DNA of 64,000 nt from Octopus sinensis. Lineage: Eukaryota. Both the position numbers and the translations under genes were made by a program. Within the stretch, counting starts at the first letter, position 1; each line of letters starts with the position of its first letter. The stretch spans positions 27,094,001 through 27,158,000 of the forward strand of contig NC_043001.1 of assembly GCF_006345805.1 (NCBI RefSeq), read 5' to 3'. The notes beneath the pieces were generated by a model. It was not told the DNA's origin, searched no databases, and saw nothing but the letters and a program-made list of their open reading frames with translations. Of this stretch, positions 37,731 to 49,418 are shown in pieces.

Positions 37731-39099
37731 TATTTATTCAAATAAATAAATATATTTCTCGAAAAAAAAAACACAAGCCATAAAAGTAAAGAATTTTCTT
37801 GTAACTATTGACCTTTGTAATGATGCTTGTTTATTTTATGAGTATTTTGTTCGTAAACTCTTGTTGATTTTTGAAGAAAGACTAAAGACAAAATGATGAT
37901 AACAAAAAGTACCAGATTTCATAAAATATCATAAAGAATTGGTGCCAAAGACAAACGCCCAATTATTCTGGTTATAAGAAACCCGGATCCGATTGTATCC
38001 TTTTATTAGCCAGCTGATTGGTTGGTTAGATGGTTGGTTGGTTTGCTCGTTCGTTTGTTTGTTGGCTGGCTGGCTGGTTGGTTGATGAAAGTAGAAGTCA
38101 TATCCTGATACACTTTCGAAGGGTGGCAATACGTTCTCAGCGAAAGAATTCCAGTTAGAATTACAAAAATTCTATTGCAGAAATTAAAGTGGCAAACTGT
38201 CGGAACCATTAGAATGTTAGATAGAATGTCTCGCAGTATTTGTTGCGACCCCCTGCGTTCAACTCCCAACGAAGTCAACTTTCCTTTTCGTCTTTTAGAA
38301 ATCAATAAAAAAGTAATAATCCCGGCCGTGGTTGGTGTAAGTGTAAGAGCATCTGACAGAATGCCTTGCGTTATTTGTTGTGGTTTTTTGCGTTCTGACA
38401 GAAACAGTTACAATAACACAGGCGCCAAGTAATATCGGCTTTAATACTGAGGCCGGACCTTTTCGGTTTGACCGGCAGTTTTTTAAAATAATTTCCACGT
38501 AACTAAATACTTTTAAACTTCGTATACTGGTAGAATGTGTTTATAAAACATCTTTTTCTCTTGGTTTTATTGAGAAAATTCTATAGTTTGTAAGATATTT
38601 GCTGTTTTTTTCTTCAATTTCTGCAATTTCAACCAATCAATGATGTCTATTGAGGTGAAAACATTATGTGCCGTATGAATATATCCCTCGTTTAAGAAAC
38701 AGATTGGGTTTATTTACATTTGTGAAGAAAAAAAGACACCCTTCCCCCCAACCTTAACCCCAACCCTAACCCTAACTAACACTAACCCTAACCCTAAAAC
38801 AGATTGAAATGCAATTGATCGATACTAGGGTCATAATTATGGGTGACAATTTCATATGACACCGCTAGAAAAAACTGCCGTTCAAACCGAAAAGATCCCC
38901 GAGGCCTTTTTCTTGCACAACATGGGTGGCATCGAAGGGGAAGACATATATATTTGCAACTACTAGTCTTCTACAAAAAAAAGTTAATTAATTCTTACCT
39001 AGAACTGTGCGAACATGTACACATGAATGGTCGGCTCTAGAGTGCTAAAATCATTTGAGAAGGCATGAATGCCACTGCTTCCAGTTTGCCTACTTGTTA
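37731..39099. repeat. Segment duplicated in inverted orientation at 57441-58357; this copy carries a MITE insertion
   Basis: About 920 bp of shared sequence, including the ggttggttagatggttggttggtttgctcgttcgtttgtttgttggctggctgg tract, aligns as reverse complement. Confidence 0.85.
38455..38898. mobile_element. Merlin-like MITE family 1, copy 4, with expanded (CCCTAA)n
   Basis: TSD ctgaggcc / ccgaggcc; empty site in the paralogous segment at 57633-57640. Confidence 0.85.
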
Positions 39100-39239
39100 T
39101 AACTCCTGCGGTGTCTCTAGAGTGTGTGTGTCGTCTGGAGTTGTCTTTGAGTTTGTTGCTTTTCTGCCTGCCCGCATGCTTATACATGTTTATAAAACAG
39201 TCTCAAAAATGCCACACCATAAAAGGCCTATTAGGAATT

Positions 39240-40139
39240 CAGTCTATCAGTCTGAAGAAGACCAAAGTACTGGACCAAGGTGCCAAGCAACCTCTTCCTC
39301 CATCACCATCAATAACTACAAGCTTGAGGTAGCCCACGAATTCCCCTACCTCGACTCTACCATCGCTGGTGACCTCTGCCTGGACCCTGAGATCAACAGG
39401 TGAACTGGACAAGCATCTTCCACATTTGCCAGGCTCACAAGTAGAGTCTGGGAAAACAGAAAACTGGTCGCAGACACCAAAACTGCTGTCTATAAAGCAG
39501 GCGTCCTAAGTACGTTACTTAACGGCAGTGAGACCTGGAGCCTCTACTTCAGACAGGAGCGGCGTCTCAACCTCTTTCACCTTTGTAATTTGAAACGCAT
39601 CTTGGATCTCAGGTGGAACGACCACATCACCAACACCGAAGTCCTCAACAACACCAAGATACCCAGCATATTCACCCTGCTCCAGCAGCGTCGTTTGCGC
39701 TGGCTCGGTCATGTACATCGCATGCCGGACTGGAGGGTCCCAAAAGGCCTCCTGTATGGGGAATTGACCACCGACACAAGAGCACGAGGACGACCTCATC
39801 TTCGTTTTAAGGACGTCTGTGAGAGGGATAAGTCACTTGATCTGGACGTCATGAGGTGGCTGGAGGTTGCATATGAACGCCTACACTGGCGAAAAATACT
39901 GAGAAAGGGAATATAGCGAGCGGAAGAAAAACAGGAACTCACCACGAAAGAAAAACGTACTTGACGGGAAGAAAAACCAGTAGCGCCGGCAGAGAGCTCC
40001 TTCTCATGCAGTCGCTGTATGTGTGACTGCCACTCCCATGTGGGCCTGTAGAGCCACAACAGACGCTGGACCACAATCAGCAGCTGACACGATTTCTTCG
40101 GGCACAGATCCATGGCCTCTCGAGACTGACAGATGCCTC
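39240..40139 (+). mobile_element. 5'-truncated RTE (BovB-like) LINE
   Basis: ISLKKTKVL...FPYLDSTI...ASSTFARLTSRVWENRKL...YKAGVLSTLLNGSETW...RRLRWLGHVHRMPD.RVPK.LLYGEL....RGRPHLRFKD, a C-terminal C2H2-like remnant, and 3' end ccatggcctctcgagactgacagatgcc; stops present. Confidence 0.85.
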
Positions 40140-41079
40140 TGTAAAACGACCGTGCGAAGGAGAGGTGACTAGAATGGCTCCTTTAGTACACCACACGGTC
40201 GATTACAATAAATAAAAAAAGTATAAATGAGTACAAGTGCCAGAAGGAAAAGAGAGACACAACCGGTAGAATGTTTAAGAGAAGATTTTATTGATAGTTT
40301 AATGTGTATGTCTGTGTGTGCGTCATATATACATAATAATAATAATAATAATAATAGACAGGCCGTCATGTATACATAATGTGTATGTGTATGCATTAAA
40401 TACAGAGCATTGAAAGAGTCTATAATAGGACGCTAGAAGAATATTCAGACACAAGGATGATAAATACCAGTTCGTAGTCGAGGTAGACGATAATTGAAGT
40501 TCTGTAACAAGATGTTGAGGTTGAAATGCAGAACTGATTGAGGCGCATGTCGTGCGGGAAGCTGTGACTACAATGCAAAGCCGGTTGAGTTGTTACAGGA
40601 GTTCTCGCAGGTTGTACTTGCTGTTAACCGTGGTAAAGTAATTCACAAACAGTGAGGAGATAGAACCTGTGTGAGGGGTTGCTGGTTGCTGTGTACGTAG
40701 AGAGATGTTGACGACGCTAAGATGAAGGCGACGGAGATGGAGGTCCTGAATGCTGCTGGACGAAGTGTTGACGCGTCCATGTGGCTGCTGTGGGTCGTCG
40801 CTGGAACTGGCTGTGTCCTGCGGTCAGTAGTTAGACCTTAAGAGGTCTGGAACCGAAAGACGAAAGACGGTGTTGAAGCTAGCATTTTATAGTGAACTGT
40901 CGGCGCAAACTGAGGTTTAGAAGAGACTATCGCACGTGACCTTATCAGAAGGCTGCGATTGGTTGGGTTGCATATTGGCGCGCAATAGAGCAAGAGACAA
41001 ATTGTGCCAATACCAACCAATCAGAGTAGTGGACACAACAGGTTCCAAGAGGGTGGCCGAAGGTTAGCTGTTATCTACA
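40140..41079 (-). mobile_element. Possible solo LTR
   Basis: GC-richer non-coding block; TGTA...TACA ends on the minus strand; CCAAT boxes near 40958-41022, TATAAAA at 40885-40891, AATAAA at about 40287. No TSD was found. Confidence 0.3.
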
Positions 41080-41349
41080 ACTGGTATCTACTAAGCATTT
41101 GTTATTGAGAACAATTGATGCAGTTGATACAATGTAGAAAATATTGCACCCATGGAGAGTGTAAATGAAAAATACTGATGTAGCCAATAATATTTTAGGA
41201 AATGTTTCTTGTAAATAGAATTTGGTTGTAAATGCTTCTTGAAAGTCGACAGCTAACGGTGTTGCATTCTGAAGTTCTTAAACCTTCCTCTAATTTTCTT
41301 TTGTGTTATAAATAAAATAAACTATTAGGAAAAAGTCTGTGGTCCAGAG

Positions 41350-41710
41350 GTTGGTACTGTAGCCACGTGGTTTCAACTTCATTCCTATTGTGCGGCGGCA
41401 TCTTGAAAAAATGCCATATACTATAATCCCAGATCGGTCAATGCTTCCTGAGTGGTCGGAAACTGTGGAAGTCCGTCATATGTATGTATGTGTACGCATC
41501 TGTGACTTTGTGTTTGTCCTCACTACCATTTGACAACCTGTACTGCTTTATTTACGTCCCCGTAACATAGTGATTCTGCAAAAGATACAGATAGGTTTAA
41601 AAAATAACAACTGGGGTCGATTTGTTCAACTAAATCCTTCAGGCAGGTGCCCCACCATGGCCGCAGTTCAATGATTCAAGATAGTAAAAGATAAATACCA
41701 AAGATAAAAG
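41350..41710 (+). mobile_element. Degenerate SINE family B
   Basis: Recognisable fragments tttacgtccccgtaac, ctggggtcgatttgttcaactaa, catggccgcagttcaatga and an aaagat tail. Confidence 0.55.
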
Positions 41711-42226
41711 ACAAATCCTCCAATACCATTTAAAATTTTAGACCAAAATTTCATTTCTCAATAAATTCTGATTCTAACTCGCTTGTTTGTAAAATCTTTA
41801 GCTAATGAATAATCTTCCTCGTTAATGGATTTCTGGACAGAGTTAATTCAGATAAGAAGTAATATAATAATTTGTGTATTAATGTATATATAGTTGATAA
41901 GATTATATTCAACACGTCTTACAGAAGTAAAGACAATCATGTCCAATAGTGATCTATCCTCCATTTGTTTCATGTAATAGCAGATGAATAGACGCTCAAA
42001 ATAACTAAAACCTTCGAAATCAACTGACAGGTATGAACATGAAACATTCAACGTTAGAAAAACACTTTTTGGATGGTGAGTGAATACAACAAAACTGAAT
42101 TAAATTAGAAACAAAATATGCAATGATTTCACAAAAATGTCTTCTTTTCCACCTTAAAACTCTCCATCATAATCATTATTCCTCTTAGTTTTAATTTTTT
42201 TATGCTTCATTTTATTTCATTTTCAG

Positions 42227-42345
42227 TTAGAAGAAGAAAATCTTGCCACCATTGAAAGAGATAATCACAGACTTTTGGAAAGAATGGGTTACATTATGCG
42301 AACGCGGGGAAGGATTGACAACCGCAATGATTACTTATATAAGAG
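42227..42345 (+). CDS. CFAP97D2: CFAP97-domain protein, exon 3: LEEENLATIERDNHRLLERMGYIMRTRGRIDNRNDYLYK(S)
   Basis: Long pyrimidine tract, tttcag|TTA; donor AG|gttggt; 119 nt, phase 0-2; motif LEEE....IERDN..LLE.M..IMRTRG..D. Confidence 0.9.
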
Positions 42346-42569
42346 GTTGGTAAAAATCAAAAACTTTCAGATTGAATTAAATAGTGTACGTCGTCTGAGA
42401 ACTGAAGATAATTAATCAGTTTATGACATGATAACATTATGGTTACTGTTCAGGAGAGCAATGACGTTGATGCTTCACATTTCAAAGTCTTGGGGAATCT
42501 ATTAGTTGCATGATCAATTGTCAACGCAAGCAACAGAATATTTCACAAATGGAGATCTTTGCGTATGCG

Positions 42570-43478
42570 ACCTTAGAGTTACTTAAAAGAAACTGGAATT
42601 TTTGTAATATTATTTTATTCACTTAGTTTTACATGTTTGCACTTTTGTCGCCTTCAAAGGATTCTCTATTTGAAGCAATGCATTGGTCCAGAAGACTTTT
42701 CCACTGTTCGAAGCAGTGCTGGAACTCTTGCGAAGTGATGCCTTTTAACGCCTTCGTGGGTTTTTTTTCACGCTTTCACAACTGCAAATTCCGTTGCATC
42801 AGCTTTCGTCACACGTGATGACCTTCAAAAAAAGGTCCGGATCAACTTCCAACTGTTCTTTCAGTTCATAACACGCATTCAGTTATGGCTGCTTTTGATC
42901 TTCCGTGAGCAAGCCAGGCACGAATTTTGCTGCAACTCTTTTAATTCGCAATTCCCCGCTCAAAATTCGTTGGTAGGAGGTCCAGGACACACCACTCATA
43001 TCAACAAGTTCGTCAGTTGTTAGGTGATGGTCCTCCAAGATCGATTCTTGAATTTTCATGATGTTTTCATTCGTTCGGGCGGTCGATAACCGCCCTGAAC
43101 GATATTGGTCTTCAAGTAACAAGTGAGCATTCCTAAAGCGCAAAAATCACTCGTAAAGTTGTGTTTTGCTCATGGCAGCGTCCTTGAAAACTGTTTGTGG
43201 CATGACAACTGTTTCAGCTGCCGTTCTCCCAAACAGAAAACAGAATTTCACGGAAGCACGTCGTTTCTTCGTTTCAGCCATTGCAAACATCGACGAACAG
43301 AGAAGAAACTCTGCAAAACAAAAACACATCACGTGGCAATACGACCTCACCCGAGGACGTCAGTCGGCAGACTGACGCCAGAGGGTTGCATCAGTGGCTT
43401 CTAGCGGCGGAAAGCCTGAACTACTACGGGCTCGTCCCACAGAGAACGTTTCCGCTTACTTTAGAGTACCTCCTCGTA
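42570..43478 (-). mobile_element. Internally deleted mariner transposon in intron 3
   Basis: N-terminus RASVKFCFLFGRTAAETV...SKTQLYE*F.RF.N..LLLED.YRSGRLST...LRIKRVAAKFVP.LLTEDQK...KVITCDES joined directly to the C-terminus ALKGITSQEFQHCFEQWK..LDQCIASN.ESFEGD; TIR ta|cgaggaggtactctaaagt at 43478 and a degenerate left TIR. Confidence 0.8.
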
Positions 43479-43507
43479 TATGTCCAATAATGTTACACCG
43501 CTATGTA

Positions 43508-43806
43508 TGAGGGCGCGTGGCTTAGTGGTTTGTTGCATTCGGCTAGTGATTGCGAGGTTGTGAATTCGATTCCCGGTGGTGTGCTGTGCCCTTCAGCAAG
43601 ACACTTTATTTTACGTTGCTCCAGTCCACTCAGCTGGTAAAAATATGTAGAACCTGTATTTCGAAGGGCCAGCATTATCACACTGAATTCCCCTGAGAAC
43701 TACGTTAAGTTCGGTGTTCAGCCAATTGCACGTTAATTTCACGAGCAGACTGTTATGTTGATCGAATCGACTTGAACCTCCGTCGTCGTAGTCGACGGAG
43801 TGCCAC
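43508..43806 (+). mobile_element. Degenerate SINE family C
   Basis: Head gggcgcgtggcttagtggtt...gaattcgattcccgg; 3' ctgaattcccctgagaactacgttaag...cacgttaatttcacgagcag...gacggagtgcca. Confidence 0.65.
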
Positions 43807-43950
43807 TAGTACACTACTATATTTAGTGGTTATTTAACCGAGTTCGTGGCTGGTTAATGGGTTGGATGGGTGCTAATGAAGGAGCAAGAAATCCTGATCC
43901 ACGTCCTCGTGTTTTTGTGTTTTCTCTTTGTGTTTTCATGTCTGGATTTA

Positions 43951-44001
<51 letters not shown>

Positions 44002-44052
44002 TGCGTGTGTGTGTTTTGATATAAATAATTTCTTTGTCTATTTGTTTCTCAG

Positions 44053-44236
44053 CCTTAATTCCGAGAAGAGACAAAGAGAGCAAATTCGAATTAGTAGAGA
44101 AAATAAAGATATTTTGCAGAGGATATTGAACCGGCGAGCAGAATATAACCATGCAACTTGGCAGAAAGACTGGAAGAAAAATCGTTCCTTTTTGAATAAT
44201 ATATCCCATTTTCCCAATGACTGGTGGTCCAGTACG
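44053..44236 (+). CDS. CFAP97D2: CFAP97-domain protein, exon 4: (S)LNSEKRQREQIRISRENKDILQRILNRRAEYNHATWQKDWKKNRSFLNNISHFPNDWWSST
   Basis: Acceptor tttgtttctcag|C completes the split Ser codon (AG+C); donor ACG|gtaagt; 184 nt, phase 2-0; motif SLN..KR..E...I..EN..IL.RI......Y....W..DW. Confidence 0.9.
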
Positions 44237-44720
44237 GTAAGTGTATAAATGAAGTGATTATACGTATGTATTCTGATTTTTTTTTCTTCTTTCAGACTTG
44301 TATATCTGTTTGAAAATATATATATATCAGTATACGTATGTTTATACATGCCAAGTTATGTTGTGCCTTTTGTCATCACAAGACTTCAATGAAGAAAAAA
44401 AAAAAAAAAGAAATTGAAAATGAAATCACAGCTTTCTAAGAAAGGAAAAAAAATCTTTATTGAAATATAAATAACACGAGTTATTAGAAATTAAACCATA
44501 TCTGCTCTCGATTTTGTTTCTTTATAACTTTCTGGAAAATGGATATTTTTAAAATGAAAATACCTTTCAGCTGGCGTAGATAACAATTATATCGCAATTT
44601 AATGGGAAAAGAAAAAAATTGGAGGGCGCACACATCATAATTGCTTCACAGGTCTTAGTTTCATTTTGCATACATTTGTGCATTCATTCACACACACGCA
44701 ACACACACACACACAACACA

Positions 44721-44777
<57 letters not shown>

Positions 44778-45029
44778 TCAATGTTTTTCCTTTAATAAGA
44801 ACAAAGAAAAGTTAAAAAATGGGAAATGACTTCGTCAAGGCTGTATTCTTTTTCCATGTATGTTCAACATCTACACTGAGTGAATAATGTGAGAAGCAAC
44901 ACAAAAAGATGGCATCAAAGTACATGGCTTGCAAATTTCTGATCTAAAATATGCATACAATATTGCTCTACTTGCCAAGACTGAAAACAAGAAATAATAA
45001 ATGATGCCTATATCTCAGCCACAAGAAAA

Positions 45030-45540
45030 CAAAACTCATATTGGTTATGGAAAAGCTTAATAACATTTGGACCAGCAAAAGTGTCCCAACTAAGTTACAA
45101 ACAAGGTTAGTGTGAGCGCTCATTTGGCTAATAGGCATTTATGGTTGCAAAGCATGGACTGTGAACAAATTTGGAGAGGACATAATCAATGCATTTGAAA
45201 CGTGGGTGTATAGGAGATGTAATGAATCTCTCACAATGATTACTGGACAAATGAATAAATGTTACAAGCAGGTGAACGATGGTAACTTTTGAAAATTGTG
45301 AACAAACAAAAACTGATCTATCATGGCCATATTTGAAGAAGTACAGATTTGGAAAACCTTATCATAGAATGAAGGGTGGAGGGCAGTAGATCAAGGGGCA
45401 GGCAAAAAATGCAATGTATGGACAATATCAAGTGCTGATTGGACAAGAGTGGGAAGGCAGCTGGAGAACACGCACTTAATCGGGAAGATTTTCGTTGTAG
45501 TGTCATCAAAGTACTTCAGGGCGTATGATACATGATGACG
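45030..45540 (+). mobile_element. Decayed RTE LINE 3' end
   Basis: MEKLNNIWTSKSVPTKLQTRLV*ALIWLIGIYGCKAWT...AFETWVYRR...YHGHI*R...VEGSRSRGRQKMQCMDNIK. Confidence 0.65.
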
Positions 45541-45689
45541 ACAATGGCAACTTTGAATCAAAGAATTTATAATAGCTATACAGCAATTGGGATTGGTCGA
45601 TTCTGTTTCAATTGTAATGTGTTTCCTTCAGGAAAAATGATCCTATGATTACTAACAATTTTACGCCACTCCCAATATTATTTGTGTGT

Positions 45690-46250
45690 TTTGTGTTCAA
45701 ATTCTGCCGAGGTCAACTTTGCCTTTCATCCCTTTGGGGTTGATAAAATAAGTGTCAATTAAGCACTTGAGTCAATTTAATTGACATAGTCCTGCCCACT
45801 AAACTGCTGGTCTTGTGCCAAAATTTGAAACCAATATTGTTTGTGGCAGAAACGTTAGCACGCCGGGCGAAATGCGTAGCCGTATTTCGTCTGCCGTTAC
45901 GTTCTGAGTTCAAATTCCGCCGAGGTCGACTTTGCCTTTCATCCTTTCGGGGTCGATTAAATAAGTACCAGTTACACACTGGGGTAGATATAATCGACTT
46001 AATCCGTTTGTCTGTCCTTGTTTGTCCTCTCTGTGTTTAGCCCCTTGTGGGTAGTAAAGAAATAGAATTGTTAGCACCTTAGGCAAAATGCTTTGCGGCA
46101 TTTCATCTGTCTTTACATTCTGAGTTCAAATTCTGCTGAGGTATACTTTGCCTTTCGTCTTCTCAGGGTTGAGAAAAGCACTGGAGTCGATGTAATTGAG
46201 TAACCTTCCACCCCAGGAAATTGCCGGCCTTGTACCAAAATTTGAAATCA
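45690..46250 (+). mobile_element. Cluster of SINE family A copies (near-full copy 45845-46043)
   Basis: Family core repeated three times in the same orientation. Confidence 0.8.
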
Positions 46251-46549
46251 ATTTTATATGTGTGTGTAAGGCAGGGAGCTGGTAGAATCATTACCATGCG
46301 GGAAAAATTGCTTAGCAGCATTTCTTCCGACTTCCCTTCTGATTTCAAATACTGCCAACATACCCCTATATCCAAAATTGCTGGCCTTGTGCCAAAATTC
46401 GAGACCAATATCATTTGTGTGTGTATGTGTTTGTGAGTGCATGCATGTGCCCATATATGTATGCATGTCTATGTGTGCAAGGTAGATACACATAGAGACA
46501 CACACATACACATGGAGAGAGTGAGAGACAGAGAGAGAGAACTACAACA

Positions 46550-46700
46550 TTGGCAAGCTAAACATGGCCTTTGAAAGACAGAATCAAATATAACAATGAA
46601 TGGAAAGTGCTTGTGAAGTTAAAAGCGTGTATAAACAGAACCAATAAGTGCAGACTTTGTCTCAGAGGATACAAATACTACAAAACATCAAAGATCCTAC
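46550..46700 (+). mobile_element. Penelope-like GIY-YIG endonuclease C-terminal remnant
   Basis: (W)PLKDRIKYNNEWKVLVKLKACINRTNKCRLCL resembles the recalled PLE motif YIWxLK...Y.I.W.IL..A..Y....KxCxLC. Confidence 0.55.
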
Positions 46701-48532
46701 AACCTACCTTAACTCCAGAATTGAAGTTTTACAAGTTGTCCTTACATATACAAGTACATACTAGCTAAAAGGGAAACCATATCTCCTGATTGCAAATCAC
46801 TTTCAGGATCCACCTTACTGTGAAGGATATCTTCTCATACATTCTCTTCTTTCTTTTCAACAAAGAAAAACTGGACATAAACCAATAAGTTGAACGAAAG
46901 TACTTTATGGTATATAGTTTAAAGTAGTCAAGATGAACTTAGCCATTTTGATTATTGTACAATCAATGTAAATAAGTTCCATACAATTTACTGAAATCAT
47001 TTAAAAATCCTTGAGTGTAGCTGCAGTACAAAGATGGAAATTAGTAAATGAATTAAAAAAAATATACATACATCCAAGAGAAATAAAGTTTTCTTTTTTT
47101 TTTTGGAGTGTACAGAAGAGTAAATTAAGATATTAAAATAATTCAGAAAAATTAGTCAGAAGTAATGTAGGTATCATTTCTTAACTTATTTATATACAGG
47201 TGTAAAAGGTCTGGGAATTTTCCTAAGGAAATAAAATACTGCTTAACTCTTTATGTCTTTATTGAGCATTCCAAGACCTTTTATACTTGTATATAAATAA
47301 ACTAAGAAAACAATAGTCTCATCATTTCTGACCAATCTTCTTTAATTAATTAATTGTGTGTGTGTAAATCAAATCAAGCTAATTTCCCATGAAAATAATA
47401 ATGGTGTACTGCACTGACTTGGAAGAATGGCTGGCATGAACACCACCAAATGCCTGGATGTTGTTTGGAAGGTGGTATATCATCTAACCAAAGCTGGTTG
47501 TAGTGGAATACCAGGGAGTAGTTTGAGGCAATGATAATTGCTGTTGGTTGTGAATCATCATAAAACAAATACCATTATGAAAGGTAAGCAAGCCACAGTT
47601 GAAAAATTGAGTCACTGGATTTGGCTAAAAAGAGATGATGGGATGTGGCTAGAAAAAAAATTGGGTCAAAGTTAATAACCAGTTGATCTAGCAAGTGGGT
47701 CCTTGAATCAGGCAGTGGAGCCAGTGCACAATAAAGTCACCAAAATATTATGCTTTCTTCCCTGGTGATCCTTTCGGGTCCCTAGTACCCAGTACAAGAT
47801 TTTTAACTGGGAGAACTTGCATCTACAAGTTATTTGCAAACAAACTATGTATGTGTGTGTATACAAACATACACACATGTGTGTATGTATGTATGTATGT
47901 ATGTATGTATGTATGTACGTATGTATTCATGCATATATTTATATATATGGGTATGTCTGTATTATATGTATGTATATATTCAGGCATATATTTATGTATG
48001 TATTCATGCGTATATTTATATATATGTGTGTGTCTATATTATTGTGAATGTGAACATAATTTGCTGGTGTGTGTAAATGTTTGTCATTGTTGTTGTTCAT
48101 GAGGATGTTGAAAAGTTGAGCATTTTGTCTGCATGGAAAGAGAGAATATCAATGCCAATTTTTTATATTAAATATTAATTAAGGTTCTAGTCATAACATG
48201 TTTCAGTTTGCTACAATAAATTGCTAGGTGAGACTTGTTATCAGGCCTGTCTTAGTTAGAGATAACATTAGCTATTTATATTACAACCTGATCCTGTCAG
48301 CTGAAACCATGGGCACACAAGCATGTACACATACACACACACTCACACACACACACACACACATACACACACATTTACACATGCACACACACAATGTGCA
48401 TGCACGCATGCACACACACATTTACACATGCACACACACACACACACATTACATTATATTATATACACAGTTTCCTTAAGTAATTTATCATTTTAAACAT
48501 TTTCAATGTCTTGACAAACTTATGAGACACAT

Positions 48533-48575
<43 letters not shown>

Positions 48576-48789
48576 ATGCGTATCATGGTATTTTGCATGC
48601 TTTATATCTTCTTGAGGTTTGTAAGGCTACTCTTCCAGGATTCCCAGTTCCCAAATTCCCAGCCTACAAATTGTTGGGTTTCCCTCTTGCCTTTCATGTT
48701 TCTTATTTTTGCATATGTCTCATCTCATTTCAATGTTTGCTTGAACACAAGTACAGCACCAAATATATGTTTGCTTTAATAATTTACAG

Positions 48790-49194
48790 AAACCTCACGC
48801 TAAGAAAAAACCTGTTTCAAAAGACAAAAGAACTAATTGCAGAAGCAAGACTACCAATAATGAAACGGAATCAGAAAAAAGTCCAATGCCAGAAGGAGAA
48901 GACAATAGGAAAACAGTTGAGAAAGGAAATGAATTAAAACGTTCTCGGGAGAATACTAAAATAGATGAGAATACTGGAGTACAAGAAGATACTAAAGTAC
49001 AAGACAAAACTGAAGTACAAGAGAATACAAAAGTACAAGGGAATACTAATGTACAAGTGGAAACTGAAGTACGAGATTCTGAAGGACAAGAAGACACCGA
49101 AGAAGAAGAAGATAATACTAGAGAACAAGATAATTCTGAAGAAGATAATGCTGAGAAACAAGATAATACTGAAGAACCAGAAAATACTAAATAA
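48790..49194 (+). CDS. CFAP97D2: CFAP97-domain protein, putative last exon: basic linker followed by an acidic low-complexity tail (KPHAKKKP...EEPENTK*)
   Basis: Acceptor aatttacag|AAA is phase 0 and in frame with the open frame 48886..49194; stop TAA 49192-49194; AATAAA follows at 49226 and 49323. No family homology is recognisable in this exon, so its linkage to the gene is inferred. Confidence 0.7.
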   Translation, partial: KPHAKKKPVSKDKRTNCRSKTTNNETESEKSPMPEGEDNRKTVEKGNELKRSRENTKIDENTGVQEDTKVQDKTEVQENTKVQGNTNVQVETEVRDSEGQEDTEEEEDNTREQDNSEEDNAEKQDNTEEPENTK

Positions 49195-49225
49195 ACTATA
49201 AAGAATGTTGAGAAAAATAATGATT

Positions 49226-49231
49226 AATAAA
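49226..49231 (+). promoter_or_regulatory. Candidate polyadenylation signal (second AATAAA at 49323-49328)
   Basis: AATAAA 32 nt after the exon 5 stop codon, in an AT-rich putative 3' UTR. Confidence 0.5.
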
Positions 49232-49365
49232 AATGTTTAATAATTTCCCTCAAAATCCTCTGGTTAAATATATGTGACATATAAAAAATATTATTAAATG
49301 CTTTGACGTATTTTGTTTAATAAATAAAAATTTTATTTCGATAATGAATTTCTAAATTTCTTAGT

Positions 49366-49418
<53 letters not shown>

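Noticed and set aside
13894-38800. (TTAGGG)n/(CCCTAA)n as true telomere or chromosome-fusion relics
   Set aside because: The tracts are only 2-6 units long and always lie inside TSD-bounded MITEs.
48536-49201. Overlapping ORFs in other frames and on the minus strand around exon 5
   Set aside because: These are by-products of the purine-rich 18-bp repeat; only the frame of 48886..49194 matches the acceptor phase.
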